From assembly GCA_052426225.1 (NCBI GenBank), contig JBNJNM010000021.1:1116001-1180000 (forward strand): DNA of 64,000 nucleotides, read 5' to 3'. Below are positions 11,201-22,779 of this stretch, one piece after another (within the stretch, counting starts at the first letter, position 1; every line of letters starts with the position of its first letter). The translations under genes and the position numbers were made by a program. The stretch is from Zancudomyces culisetae HAW-14-8 (Eukaryota > Fungi > Kickxellomycota). The notes beneath the pieces were generated by a model that saw only the letters and a list, made by a program, of their open reading frames with translations, did not search any database and was not told the DNA's origin.

Positions 11201-13412
11201 CGCTAGTTTGAGTGAGCTCGGAAAGGTCGCTAACAAAGATGTTGTTATACTTATGGATTACACTTTCAAGCTCCACCTCCAGGCACGATCCTCTTCCTAC
11301 TGGTCCTTGCTTTAAGATAGCGTACAGTTCAGCTTTTTCATCTTCCATGTTCAAATCTGCGGATGTTTCTAGCCTTGTAACTACTTCCACGTTTTCGATT
11401 GGTATCCTTAGTTCAGGTACTTTAAGATTCAACGAAGCCTTATGTTGTAGTAACCAATCGGTTCCTAGGATAAGAGTATCGTCATTTCTGGACATAACGA
11501 TCAGATTTACTGGTAATATGAAGCTTGCAATCATTAACGGCACCTGCGACAACCTTCCTAGGGTGTTATGCCTCTTCCCATCCGCCGTCACTAATGTTAG
11601 CCCACTTTTACTATCCATGTCCAATCCCCAACCCTCCATTAGGTTGTAAGTAACAACGGAGCAAGCCGCCCCTGTATCCACCACTGCCCACAATTTTTGT
11701 CCGAATACTTGCACCATTATTCTGCAATTAGATGTTTTTCTTTCTTGAACTTGTATTTCGTTTAGTTCCATAACCTTGTCCTTTTTGAGGAAGCTCTTCA
11801 ACTCTTCTGAGTATATTGGGGCATTCTCAATTAACTGTAAAGCATCAATTTTTGGGTAGACCTTGCGCAACTCTTCGATAATGGAGAAGGTCTTGTTGGT
11901 GCCTTTCAACAGCTGGTAGTTTTTACCTCTTGAAATGTTTGATTCTAGCCTATTCTCATCTCCCAGCGATTCATCCCCAACTTCCGCTGTCGGATGGGCC
12001 ACACCACTGGTCTCTTCCGGTGTAGAGTGGACTCCCCTAGTGCGTGCGGTCCTGTACTTAGTAGGGCGTTGTTCTGTTGCTCCACTGGCTATGTCACTGT
12101 GCTTTCTTTTATCAATTGCATACACCTGTGCATCGTCTTCCACTGCACTATGGTTCTCAATTACCTCAATATAATTTATGTTCTTTTGAATGTCTACCTT
12201 GCTACCATCGCTTGAACCGCTTTCTTTTATCTTCGGACACTCATACTTACGATGGCCTATTTCATTACACGAATAACATTTTACCACAAAGGGCTGTACT
12301 CTTCTATTACTTGTAGCCGCTTCCTTAAGTTTTTGATCAACTACTTGCTCTACTTTTGTGATCAGACTCACACTCATTTCCTCGAATCTTTTCATCATGT
12401 CACTGTACGCTACTGAGTTTTTTGCAATTTCCTTAACACTTTTCCCTTTTGATGCAGCGTTCGTGGTATAATCCTTCGCTTGAACTTTAGAATCCTTGTG
12501 ATCCCCTTTCTTTGGACTTACCACTGAGCCATCCTCAACCTTTGTGATTAATTCAATTACCTTATCCCACTCAGTTATGCTGTTTTCTTCAACTTTCTCT
12601 TTAAATTCTACTCTAAGTGTACTAACTAAAAAATCGAATCTGTTCCCAATATCTTTGATGTTAGCTTTATTTAGTAAATGATTCAACTCCACTTCAAGTT
12701 CTTCTATACTATCAAATTCAGACTGTTTAATCGATCGCAACCGATTCCAAATTTTCTCCTTTGAATCTGTAGTACCATATTTTTCTTTGAATCTTTTGCT
12801 TAATTCCTCCCAGCTGGTAAATTTTACTTTGTTCTTCTTGAACCATATCTTTTCCTTGTTCCCTAAAAATAACTTCACAAGGTCAATAAGGTCATCTTCC
12901 GGCCAACTATTCAACTTTGCGACCAGTTTGAAGTCCTCAATCCACTCTGCTGGATCTATCCCTTTTCCAGATTCAAATTGCTTTGGTGATGTTATAACCA
13001 TTTTCTTTATCTCTCTATAATAGAATTATTATTTTCTAGTCGAATCCTTAAATGAAAATAATCTGAAGGACTTATAGGTCCCACAGTGATCGCCACTGTC
13101 AGATACTAACGTTTTTATGCTAGTATCTCTTATATTTAATACTACTATGCTAAATATAAAACTATGTTATTCTATTTTTAAATAATACTATGTTCTATTT
13201 CAGACCTAAGTTGTATATCTTTTTATTCCTAAATTAACTATTTATTGTGTAACATTTATAAAAAACTAACTAAAAAACTCTTATATAAGATACTACTAAA
13301 AAATTATATTTAAAAACGAAATGTTATTAGAAAAAATCACTAGGATAAAAAAAACTAATGCATTTCGGATTCGTAACCAGTTACGAATCAATTGTCAATT
13401 TGCTATATGACA
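8238..13412 (-). mobile_element. Full-length Ty3/gypsy element C
   Basis: 316-bp LTRs 8238-8553 and 13097-13412, identical by eye; PBS 13078-13095 (GTCCCACAGTGATCGCCA); PPT ~8556-8566; TSD TTTT. Confidence 0.97.
8565..13001 (-). CDS. Single-ORF Gag-Pol, element C
   Basis: 1478 aa intact, with CCHC, PR, RT (FVDD), RNase H and IN motifs. Confidence 0.96.
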   Translation of the reverse strand: MVITSPKQFESGKGIDPAEWIEDFKLVAKLNSWPEDDLIDLVKLFLGNKEKIWFKKNKVKFTSWEELSKRFKEKYGTTDSKEKIWNRLRSIKQSEFDSIEELEVELNHLLNKANIKDIGNRFDFLVSTLRVEFKEKVEENSITEWDKVIELITKVEDGSVVSPKKGDHKDSKVQAKDYTTNAASKGKSVKEIAKNSVAYSDMMKRFEEMSVSLITKVEQVVDQKLKEAATSNRRVQPFVVKCYSCNEIGHRKYECPKIKESGSSDGSKVDIQKNINYIEVIENHSAVEDDAQVYAIDKRKHSDIASGATEQRPTKYRTARTRGVHSTPEETSGVAHPTAEVGDESLGDENRLESNISRGKNYQLLKGTNKTFSIIEELRKVYPKIDALQLIENAPIYSEELKSFLKKDKVMELNEIQVQERKTSNCRIMVQVFGQKLWAVVDTGAACSVVTYNLMEGWGLDMDSKSGLTLVTADGKRHNTLGRLSQVPLMIASFILPVNLIVMSRNDDTLILGTDWLLQHKASLNLKVPELRIPIENVEVVTRLETSADLNMEDEKAELYAILKQGPVGRGSCLEVELESVIHKYNNIFVSDLSELTQTSVIEHRIQVKDETPIKLRPYRIPHRQQEQVLHELKEMEKQGIISPTTSEWCAPVVIVHKKNGKIRVCADYRRLNEVTRKDSYPLPVIADLFMALSGAVVFSCLDAMSGFWQIRMHSADKAKTAFAIPGSGAFEYNVMPFGLTNSPATFQRAMEKVLQPLLWKCAVVFVDDIIVFSKEINKHAEDLDKVLALLEKNQIQLHRDKCVIGFTELEYLGHTISAKGIGTSPKKVEAINNIKAPTCVKELQSALGMTGYYRKYIPNYSRVTSPLTQLLKKSVKWDWGDEQEEALRQLKVLMSSAPVLGHPDWTVEFVITTDASAIGIGGVLSQITSEGEKIIEYASRTTTPAEKNYSISHLEGLAVVWSVKKFKFYVWGRKFRIRTDHKSLIQLFNSPDITGRVARWAMVLRSFDCTIEHLPGIINPADALSRLVTENENEQDDVELDVFAMEILEYEDIKQYLTEKKLPDNIDVEYKERLKRRSKLYKIDKGKLMKEVKGCLKEVLHRGNIRQVVESIHNEGHEGIENTWLRVSQRYTSRNIYREVKEIVKCCPVCQLYKGSKSKRHPLVPIVTTKPFQIVGIDAIGPIAPISASGNRFILTAIDLFTKWPIALAVPNIQSNTVINFLINEVIAPFGVPQQLISDRGSSFLSECATQVYEWLGIHHTPTTSYRPQSNGQTERLNQTLMNVLIKQCRNDKQKWDAYLWKTLLVIRTLRNKSIGYSPAEMLYGVELSLPTTWKYNGEIENVEELILSRVKQINDDLPVLRNLAHKSSIEAKSSQATRYNKGVTYHRFEVGEKVLKLVDMERSKLEHYWEGPYTVERALSKGAYVISDQEGNRELAHGDMLKKYHTSNYMIPDVTTTLKTKLKRFKQSRRNEGIRA

Positions 13413-13415
13413 TTT

Positions 13416-13747
13416 TGTTATAGAATTTCACAATTCTATGATTATTTAATATTCTTATTGTATTATATGTTTATTACTATGTATATTATTTTTGTATTAT
13501 TGTTCTTTTTAATACTATATATGTTTAACTTAATATTTTGTTAAGATGTGTTTTTATTTAATTCAAAGTGGGCGGTTGCTTTAACCCCCAGATAATAATA
13601 TAATTAATGAGGAAATATAATGTAAATAACTAACTAAACTATTGGACAAAAACCACAGGGGGAAAAAAGGTCCAATCTCAAAACTATTAACTAAAAACCT
13701 AATGAATAAATAAAGCTAATTATATAAAATCGTATCTTCATACGACA
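13416..13747. repeat. Solo LTR (related to the ~21813-22087 LTR)
   Basis: TGTTAT...TACGACA; shares the ACTATTGGACAAAA(A)CCACA-GGGG-AAAAGGTCCAAT block with the 21.9-kb copy; followed by GTTT. Confidence 0.75.
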
Positions 13748-13751
13748 GTTT

Positions 13752-14177
13752 TGTCGTATGAATAAATAGATGATAATGTATAGTAGGTTAATCTACTGTA
13801 AATCTCTATTATTCATACTGATTGTCTGATTGTTGCAGATGCTTGCTCATCTGTTTTCACCATTGTGGTTTTCCTTTGTGCAGCAACAATCAGACAAAGG
13901 TTTACTTTATTACTATTAGGATTTTATAGCACTTTATATAACAAACTACTTAAATAGCGACGACAAGGTCTAAGGATACCTTGTTCGGGATTTTATACTC
14001 TTTCTTCTAGCGTTTATTATACCAACGATAACTAAATAAAAGATTCTTAACTACAGTTAACTAGTTATTTTAGGAAGGTCCTGGACCAATTTTAAACATT
14101 AAGTAATAGTGATTACAGCTTCGTCGTACTGTAATACACTCAATATTTTTATACAATATACAATTTTTCATACGACA
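13752..14177 (+). repeat. Solo LTR related to the element G LTR
   Basis: TIR TGTCGTATGAA...TTCATACGACA; GTTT on both sides; shares TTTTCACCATTGTGGTTTT and CGTCGTACTGT with 31049-31432. Confidence 0.88.
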
Positions 14178-14181
14178 GTTT

Positions 14182-14644
14182 TGTCGTATTAGTATTTATA
14201 GTATATGTATGGGCACTTTATCCCACTGGGTTTTTCCCCATACATTTGTTTAATTATTAGTTTTAATATCATTTAATTTTATTAACGCATTTATATGTTT
14301 CAAAATAAATCAGTGTAATTTATCATGCGGATAAATTACACCAAACCACGTGTGTTAACACGGGGTAACGATGCTGTTTTGAGTGAACTGTTAACATGAT
14401 AAGAAATGTAGGGGTAGAAAAGATAAACAACGCATCAATAAATAAAACATGTTTGAACAACAGAAGAACATGTTAGTGATTTCAAAACAATGTTGACATA
14501 CAGAAAAACTATATAAACCCCAACTTTTCTTCACTTTTTGAAAGAAGAAATGAAACTATTATTTTAAATATCTTATTACTTTATATATATAATAAAACTT
14601 AATTAATAAATATTCACTAGTATACAAATAATAAAAATACTACA
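14182..14644. repeat. Solo LTR
   Basis: TGTCGTATT...AATACTACA flanked by GTTT/GTTT; its left part resembles the reverse complement of the right end of 59329-59703. Confidence 0.82.
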
Positions 14645-14648
14645 GTTT

Positions 14649-17600
14649 TATTAGCGAATTCCAGGTTCCAGTTCGCTATTGTGTAAAAAATATATTTATT
14701 TGATAGAAAAACTATACTATGTACTAATGTTGTTAAGTTTTCACTATAGTAACTATAACTTTAATAAATAGACCAAACTTGTATTTTACGTGTTTATTTG
14801 ATGATGTTTAAACTATCTGAATAACTATCATATTTATACTTTTTTAAAACAACTATTAAACTTAAAACCTAAATATATTTTAAACTTAAAACTATACTAA
14901 TTATTAATAATAATCTAGAATGTTGCTGTAGATTAAATCCAGAAGGATAAAAAAAACTAGGCAACACATAATATACTAAATAACCTGTAATAAATATTAA
15001 CTTATATTAAGAGATAAACCTAAATATTAATAAATAGAAATAAATATGTAATTGGTAAGTTAATATTATATAATGTCTAGAGGTAGCTCTAGCCACTATA
15101 TAACAGAACCTCCTCCCTTAAGCGTGGATGCCCTCATCTCGCTCTCTATTTTTAAACCTTTTTAGTTTTGATTTAAGCGTAGTTGTTACTTCGGGTATCA
15201 TGATCTTATTTGTGAAGTACATTTTTAACATGTCACCGTTTACTAATTCTCGGTTACCTTGATGATCGTTAATAATATAAGCTCCTTTTGAGAATACTCT
15301 TTGAACCGTATAGGGGCCTTCCCAATAACTTTCGAATTTGCTTCTGTCCATTTCGACTCGCTTCAATACTGTATCTCCAATTCGAAATTTATAATGTCTA
15401 ACATCTTCGTTGTATCGTTTTTCCATAAAATTCTTCGCTTTTATCGAATTTCGTAATGCAAGATTTCTTAACTCAGGCAAATCTATTTTAAAGCTATTAA
15501 TTCTACTACTAATATTTTCTTCTACATCTTCAATCTCACCATTATAAGTCCAAGTAGAAGGTAAACAAATATTTACTCCATATAACAACTCAGAAGGCGT
15601 ATAACCTGTCGATTTATTTTTTAATGACCTTACCACTAACAATGTTTTCCAAATATAAGAATCCCAATTTTCTTTATCGTATTTGCATTGTTTAATAAGT
15701 ATATTAATTAAAGTTCTGTTAAATCGTTCTACCTGGCCGTTACTTTGTGGCCTATAAGAAGTTGTAGGTCTATGGTTTAATCCCAACCACTCGAAAACAT
15801 TTGTTGTACTATCTGAAACAAAACTTGAACCGCGGTCGCTTATTATTTGTTGTGGAACGCCATGATTTGCAACAATTTCGTTAACTATATAATATATTAT
15901 TGTTTCACTCAATAAATTTGTAACAGGCACGGCGATTGGCCATTTTGTAAAATAGTCAACGGCTGTTAAAATGTAGCGATTTCCATTTCCCGATATTGGT
16001 GAAATCGGTCCAATTGCATCAATACCAAAAATTTCAAATGGTTTTGAAGTAATAATAGGCACCAGATAATTTTTCTTTGTTTTGCCGTCTTTATGCATTT
16101 GACAAATGTGACATGATTTGACAATCCCTAAAACATCCTTATACAAATTTTTTCCTGTATATTTACTGGTTACCCTACGCCACGTATTTTCAATACCTTC
16201 ATGTCCCTCGTTGTGTATATTAGTTATAATTTCTTTAAAATTCCTTTCGTGCAAAACCTCTTTAAATATCTTATTTACCTTTTTAAATAACTTCCCATCT
16301 TTTAAATAATATTGACGTGCTCTATTGCGAATTTTTTCTCTCATTTTGTCATTAGCACCAGTAGGATATTGCATAGAGGTAAGATATTGTACTGTATCCA
16401 CATATTCTAATATATCCATAGAATAAATATCCAATTCAATATTTGCTTTAGGATGATCTTCATTTAATATATTTCGAGACAAGGCATCAGCAGGATTGTG
16501 TTTACCGGGTAAGTGTTCAATATAGTAGTCATAGCTTCTAAGTATCATTGCCCAACGGCAATTCTACCTGTAAGCTCGGATCCATTGAATATTTGTAACA
16601 AAGATTTATGATCAGTGCGTATTTTAAATCTTTGTCCCCATAGATAATATTTAAACTTTTTAACACTCCAAATAACTGCTAACGCTTCTAGATGACATAT
16701 AGAATAGTTTTGTTCTGCTTTGTTGGTAGTACGACTAGCAAATTCAATAACTCTCTCTTCACCGTTAACAACTTGTGAAAGTACAGCGCCTACTCCAGTC
16801 ACTGAGGCGTCTGTTGTTAGCACAAATTTTTCAGTTCAAATAGGGAATCCTAGTATCGGAGCAGTTATCAATTTTTCCTTTAATATATTTATTGCATCGT
16901 CATGAATCGATTCCCAACACCATTTGGTCTCCTTGCGTAAGAGTATTTTTAAAGGTGATGTAATTTTTGAATATCATTCAATGTACCTTCTATAATATCC
17001 TGTTAATCCTAATATAGATTGTAATTCTTTGACACAAGTTGGCGGCTTTATCTTTTTTAATGTCTCAATCTTTGAAGGGCTAGTACCGACTCCTTTTTCA
17101 GAAATAGTGTGTCCAAGATACTCTAACTCTCTTTGACCTATTACGCATTTTTGTTTATGTAACTGTATCCCATTTGTTCTTAACAATAAAAATACTTCTC
17201 TTAAATCAGTTATGTGCTGTTTGATATCTTTTGAATAAATTATAATGTCGTCCACGAACACCACTGCCTTTTTCCATAAAACATCCTTTAAAACAATCTC
17301 CGTTGCTCGTTGAAATGTAGCAGGACTATTTGTAAGCCCAAAAGGCATTACATTATATTGATAGCTACCTCCGCCTGGAATTGAAAAGGCAGTTTTGCAT
17401 TTGTCGTTTTCATACATTTTAATTTGCCAGAAGCCACTGAGGGCATCAAGCGAAGTAAACACAGTTGATCCGGATAAAGACATAAACAGATCGTCAATTA
17501 AGGGTAAGGGATAGGAATCTTTTTTGGTTACAGCGTTCAGTTTACGATAGTCGGCACAGATCCTTAACTGGCCGTTTTTCTTGTGCACGACGACTACCGG

Positions 17601-20016
17601 AGCACACCACTCTGAAATGCAAGGTGAAATAACTCCCCTCTTCTCCATCTCTTTTAACTCTTGCCTAACGGCTTCTTGAGTTTTCTGCGGCATTCGATAT
17701 GGTCGTAACTTTATTGGTTTTTCTTCAATTAAATCAATCTTGTGTTCCATAACATTTGTTTGAGTTAATTGAGAAATATCATCCACAAAAATGTCAGCGA
17801 ATTCTTCCATAACTTTTTTGAACACCATAGTTTCATTATAATTTTACCAACTGTTTCTTCTTTACACAATAAATATATCTCTTGTTCTTCTCTTAACACA
17901 CTTTTATTTGTGAACATTGCTAACTTAGTTGTAATTTCCGCATTTTCAATAGGTAAACGAAGTTCTGGGATACGCAGGTTAAGCGAAACTCTATGTTCCA
18001 GCAACCAGTCTGTGCCTAGAATCAAGATATCTTCCTTACGCTCCATAACCCACAGGTTTACTGGAAATACAAAAGATGATATTTTTAATGGTATGTCAGT
18101 CACCTTACCCAACGTGGTATGACGTTTTCCGTCTGCAGTAACTATAGTTTGTTTATTATATGTATCTAGTTCTAGATCCCATTCCTCTATTAAACTTGAG
18201 GAAACCACAGAACATGCTGCGCCAGTATCCACAACTGCCCAGAGGTTCTGCCCAAACACCTTAACTAGTGCTTTACAGTTTGATAACCTTTTTTCTTCAA
18301 CATCTAGTTCGTTAACCTCAGGTAATTTTTGTTTATTAATATACTCGATTAATTCTTTAGACATTGTAGTCGAACAGTCCAAAAGCTGCAATACATTCAC
18401 CTTAAGAGACATCTTCTCTAGCTCCTCGATCAGCGAAAATGGTTTAGCGTACTCTTTTACCGTTCTACCAACCGTTGTCTGAATATTTTCTGCCCCTAAA
18501 CTACCTTGTTGATTTTCAACCCTGGTATTGCGAACTTGTGCTTGTTCTTGTAATCGAGGTCTTCCAACTCTTCTAGGTGCATCGTTATCCTGTTCAGTGG
18601 TGGATTTACGCTTTTCGACGGAAAATATATCTTGTTGAATTGGTTCTACATCATCTGAAATTTGAATATAGTTAATTGTCTTAGCCACATCTTCAGGTTG
18701 AACGTATGGTTTAGGTTTTTTGACTAACTGGGGACAATCATTTCTTGTATGCCCCTCCTGTTGACAGTTATAACATATCAATTTTCTTGGTCCGAAACTA
18801 CGTTGTTTGATTATTTCTGCTTCTTTTAACTTTTTGTCTACAACCTCCTCGACTTTATTTAACAAATTCACACTCATCTCATCAAACATCTTCAAAAATT
18901 GACCATAAGGTTTCTGGTCCTTTACTAAGTCTTTAACGTTTTTTCCAGACTTGCTCGCTGCATTGCGATTGTATTCCTTTAGCTTTGGGTCCACCTCTGA
19001 TAGCTTGCTTCTCCTTTGGTTTGTGCGCAACGATTGTTCCTCTGTTATCACCCTTGTTATTACTTTATCCCACTCACTCAGTTGCTCTTCCTCTACAATC
19101 TTCTTGTGCTCTGGTTTAAGTGTACTAATAAGCCAGTCAGTACGGATCTTCTCATCCGATATCTCGGCACTTTGAAACAAAGCTACTAATTCAAGCTCGA
19201 ATTCTTCAATAGTATCGAAATCAATTTGTTTAATTGAACGGAGGCGTTCCCAGATTTGCGATTTTGGTTTTACTTGTTTAAATTTCTTCTTAAATAATGT
19301 AGCAAAACTTTCCCAACTTGTAAAAGATGATTTATTCTTTTTATACCAAATCTTTTCGTTGTTGCCCAAGTATAGCTTGACCAGATCGGTATAGTCCTCT
19401 GAATCCCATTTATTTAACTTAGCCATAAGGCAGAACTCTTCTAACCACTCATCTGGCTCTAAACCATTACTTGCAACAAATACAGTAGGAGTATTCATTT
19501 TGTACATTAATCCAGTTACTAAAATATCAGGATACTTCCGATATCCTGTCGCTGACGCCACTGTTAGCGAATTCCAGGTTCCAGTTCGCTATTGTGTAAA
19601 AAATATATTTATTTGATAGAAAAACTATACTATGTACTAGTGTTGTTAAGTTTTCATTATAGTAACTATAACTTTAATAAATAGACCAAACTTGTATTTT
19701 ACGTGTTTATTTGATGATGTTTAAACTATCTGAATAACTATCATATTTATACTTTTTTAAAACAACTATTAAACTTAAAACCTAAATATATTTTAAACTT
19801 AAAACTATACTAATTAAAATAATAATCTAGAATGTTGCTGTAGATTAAATCCAGAAGGATAAAAAAAACTAGGCAACACATAATATACTAAATAACCTGT
19901 AATAAATATTAACTTATATTAAGAGATAAACCTAAATATTAATAATAGAAATAAATATGTAATTGGTAAGTTAATATTATATAATGTCTAGAGGTAGCTC
20001 TAGCCACTATATAACA
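14649..20016 (-). mobile_element. Full-length but frameshifted Ty3/gypsy element D (B-related)
   Basis: LTRs 14649-15105 and 19562-20016 (about 5 differences, one terminal TG changed to TA), PBS 19543-19560, PPT ~15109-15119, TSD GTTT. Confidence 0.95.
15118..19498 (-). pseudogene. Disrupted gag-pol of element D
   Basis: Split into ORFs 17765-19561, 16974-17828, 16545-16823 and 15118-16548, collinear with B; likely true start MNTPTVF at 19498. Confidence 0.92.
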
Positions 20017-20021
20017 GTTTA

Positions 20022-20276
20022 TGTTGTGTGTTGCCACGTTTAAGCTCCCATTTAGTGTTTTTTACACCAAATAACACACGGGACGGGTCATTTTACTTAC
20101 ATTTTACTTATATTCTGCGAATTATTATATAGTTATTTTGATTTAGCAAAATTGGACATTTATTTAGTTAAACAAAAATTTCAATTATATACAATATAAT
20201 CTACAAAAAATTTAACTAAAAATTACTAAACACAATTAACCATTGGAATTGTTTAACCTATTGTAGGCATACAACA
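20022..20276. repeat. Short solo LTR (255 bp), TSD TTTA
   Basis: TGTTGTGTG...CATACAACA with TTTA on both sides; GGACGGGT motif shared with copies at 21.3-21.8 kb. Confidence 0.8.
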
Positions 20277-20700
20277 TTTAGTATTATTTTTATAGAAAAT
20301 AAACTATACTAACCTATCTTTCCAGTAATTATTATTGGTATTAAACTATAAAAAATATACTTTATATGTTCTAATTTCATAGGCATAAATAGTAACTTTA
20401 TTTGCTAACATTTGATACTATCTAAAACTAATTGATTAATCAAGAGAGTAAAATTAAAACTACTAAATATACCTATTCCTATATATTTTTTTTGTTATTA
20501 TCTATTTTATGATTTTTTTGTTAGTTTTCCTTATCTTTTTTTTATTCTAAAGTTTTAGATGAAAAGAATACTGATAAACATAAATAATTATTGAAATGTT
20601 ATGTAATATAACTATGTCTATATTACATGTGTAGTAATTTTAGATTACTGAAAATTACTCAGAAATTTCCGCAACTAAACCTACAAAAAGTTCTGCTAAT

Positions 20701-21312
20701 AGAGGGGGATTGTTACTGGAGCATGTTATACTTTATTTAACCAGTCAACCCTACCTTTTAGCTTTTATTTAATTTAGTTTTATGTATTTATTACTTCAAT
20801 AAATGCGATAAAACTGGGTAAAATTACGCCCAACTCCTAAAATTTGGTGTGCAAAACAATTAATTTTGGTCCAAAAATTAGACTCTGATACCTTTCTGAT
20901 ACCCTTTGAAAATTGTGTTACGCTTCACTACCTATGTTTTTTTTTGGTTTTAGGTAGGTTTTTGCTCAAATCACAAATTTCAATTTTATAGAGTAAAATC
21001 AAGTATTTTAGAGCTAATTTGTATTTTATTTAATGAATAACTTTTAAAAATAAAAAGGAAAACCACCAAACTTGTGGTGGATTTACTAGTAATATACTAT
21101 ACCTGACTAGCTATTATATTAGAACTTTATATAGTAAAAACTTATAATAACAAAATAAACTAACGATTTCGCCTAAATTATGGGTGATAATTTCACCCTA
21201 GTAATCCCAGATTACTAGCTCGAACACCCAAGATAACGGTGGTTATTCGGTGTTTGAGAAGCTGTATGCTGTTCACCCAATGTTTAGCTTGAGTAGAACT
21301 TAGCATACAACA
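20701..21312 (+). repeat. Probable PPT plus 3' LTR of a decayed + strand element
   Basis: AGAGGGGGAT followed by TGTTAC at 20711; ends CATACAACA at 21312 with a hairpin-rich right end; no second copy to confirm limits. Confidence 0.5.
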
Positions 21313-21315
21313 TCT

Positions 21316-21765
21316 TATCGTGTAGAAAAAATGCTTAACGTCCTACATGGTAATATTCGCTAATATGTATTACATGGGACGGGTCAATTCCTATAATATA
21401 TAAGTTTTATACTCTTTTTAATCTGTGGAAAAGGACAATATATTAATTAAATCACAATAAACATATTTATACTATTTCTATAAATACATCTATTAAACTA
21501 ACCATTAAAATTGGGACAACTCTTCAATATAGTTTACTATACAACAACTAGTATAATAACATGTTTTACGTCTTACTGAGTATTATAATTACTCAGATTA
21601 TACAGGACGGGTATATTTTTAAATATATTTTAACTTTAATTATTATGGGAGAAAAAGACATATATTAAATGATACAAAACTAGACTATTTAATGCATAAA
21701 ATAATATTATTTAAATTAATATTAAAATATAAAGCAATACAGTAATATATTTCTAATATATAACA
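21316..21765. repeat. Two degenerate short solo LTRs (~21316-21546 and ~21562-21765)
   Basis: TATCGTG...TACAACA and TGTTTT...TATAACA; each carries the GGACGGGT motif of the 20022 LTR. Confidence 0.55.
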
Positions 21766-21812
21766 GACATGATCAATAAAAAGTATTGATATATCTTTAA
21801 TTAGATATACTA

Positions 21813-22087
21813 TATCGTATATAATTTTAATACTAATAATAAACTTTTACTAGTATAGACTGTTTTTCTAAATGTGAATTGAAGTTTTTTTTATCTTCCA
21901 AGTGGGAGCTTCATTATCCTCCAAGATATTAGACTAATTAATCTATAATAACTAACTAAAAAAAACTATTGGACAAAACCACAAGGGGTAAAAGGTCCAA
22001 TTTAAACATATAAATATAACTAAAAATAAACTTACATAAAACCGGGGACTAATTCCCTTATCCTTCTAATTGTATTTCTATACGACA
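21813..22087. repeat. Degenerate solo LTR (13416 family); left end uncertain
   Basis: Shared internal block with 13416-13747; ends TACGACA followed by GACT. Confidence 0.6.
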
Positions 22088-22091
22088 GACT

Positions 22092-22549
22092 TGTTGACGA
22101 AAATACAGGTTCACTATTTTCGTATTGCTTTTGTAAATTATTCTATTTATAACTAACTAATCTTTGTACTTATTTTTGTAGTTTTCAAAATATAAGTTAT
22201 ACACTATTAAATATAGATCAATCCTATTGTTATATTATTATTTGATGATCTATTAATAACTAGAATTTACAGTCATATTTAAACTAATTTTTAAATGACT
22301 ATATATACTTGAAAACTAAATAATACTTTAACTTAAAGCATGAACTATAAATTAATAATTTACCAAAATTATGCTGTAGCAATATTACAGAAAGATAAAA
22401 AAAATTAGGCAACACATATTATACTAAATATTCTATAATATTTCAATATATATTAATTGATAAACCTAAATATTAATATATAAATATAATAGTTATTGGT
22501 GAGATGTTAATATATAATCTCTAGATGTAGTACTAGCCACAATATAACA
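22092..22549 (-). repeat. Solo LTR of the B/D/I lineage
   Basis: 458 bp; CAGAAAGATAAAAAAAATTAGGCAAC box and TAGCCACAATATAACA terminus as in D and I; flanks GACT/GTCT. Confidence 0.85.
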
Positions 22550-22630
22550 GTCTGATATATAGTGGAATTATATAACTGGATTTTCTTGTATTATATTGAT
22601 TAATTTAAATAGTATTATATTATGCACTAA

Positions 22631-22779
22631 TGTTAGACAACAATTTATACACAATAATATTGATATTAACTAATTAACACACAGTTAATTTATAAAAGTT
22701 ATTATTAATTATACTAGTTTAAAACACACAGAAATAATATAATATTATTTAATAATATCTAGATAGATTGTTAAACGAG
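22631..22779. repeat. Truncated LTR fragment (49556 family) cut off by element E
   Basis: Matches the first ~150 bp of 49556-50032 and stops at AACGAG, where E begins. Confidence 0.8.

Noticed and set aside
19498-19561. N-terminal extensions of gag ORFs through the PBS or LTR (D, and J to 59431)
   Set aside because: These are ORF-finder extensions; homology with related elements points to downstream ATGs
2881-20280. True CRISPR array or integron
   Set aside because: The repeat is only a 4-bp TSD, the units are retroelements, and there are no cas or integron integrase genes; the likeness is only an analogy
21260-21312. Group II intron domain V, SECIS or tRNA resemblance
   Set aside because: Only a loose AGCTGTATGC similarity; the stem geometry and other required domains are absent
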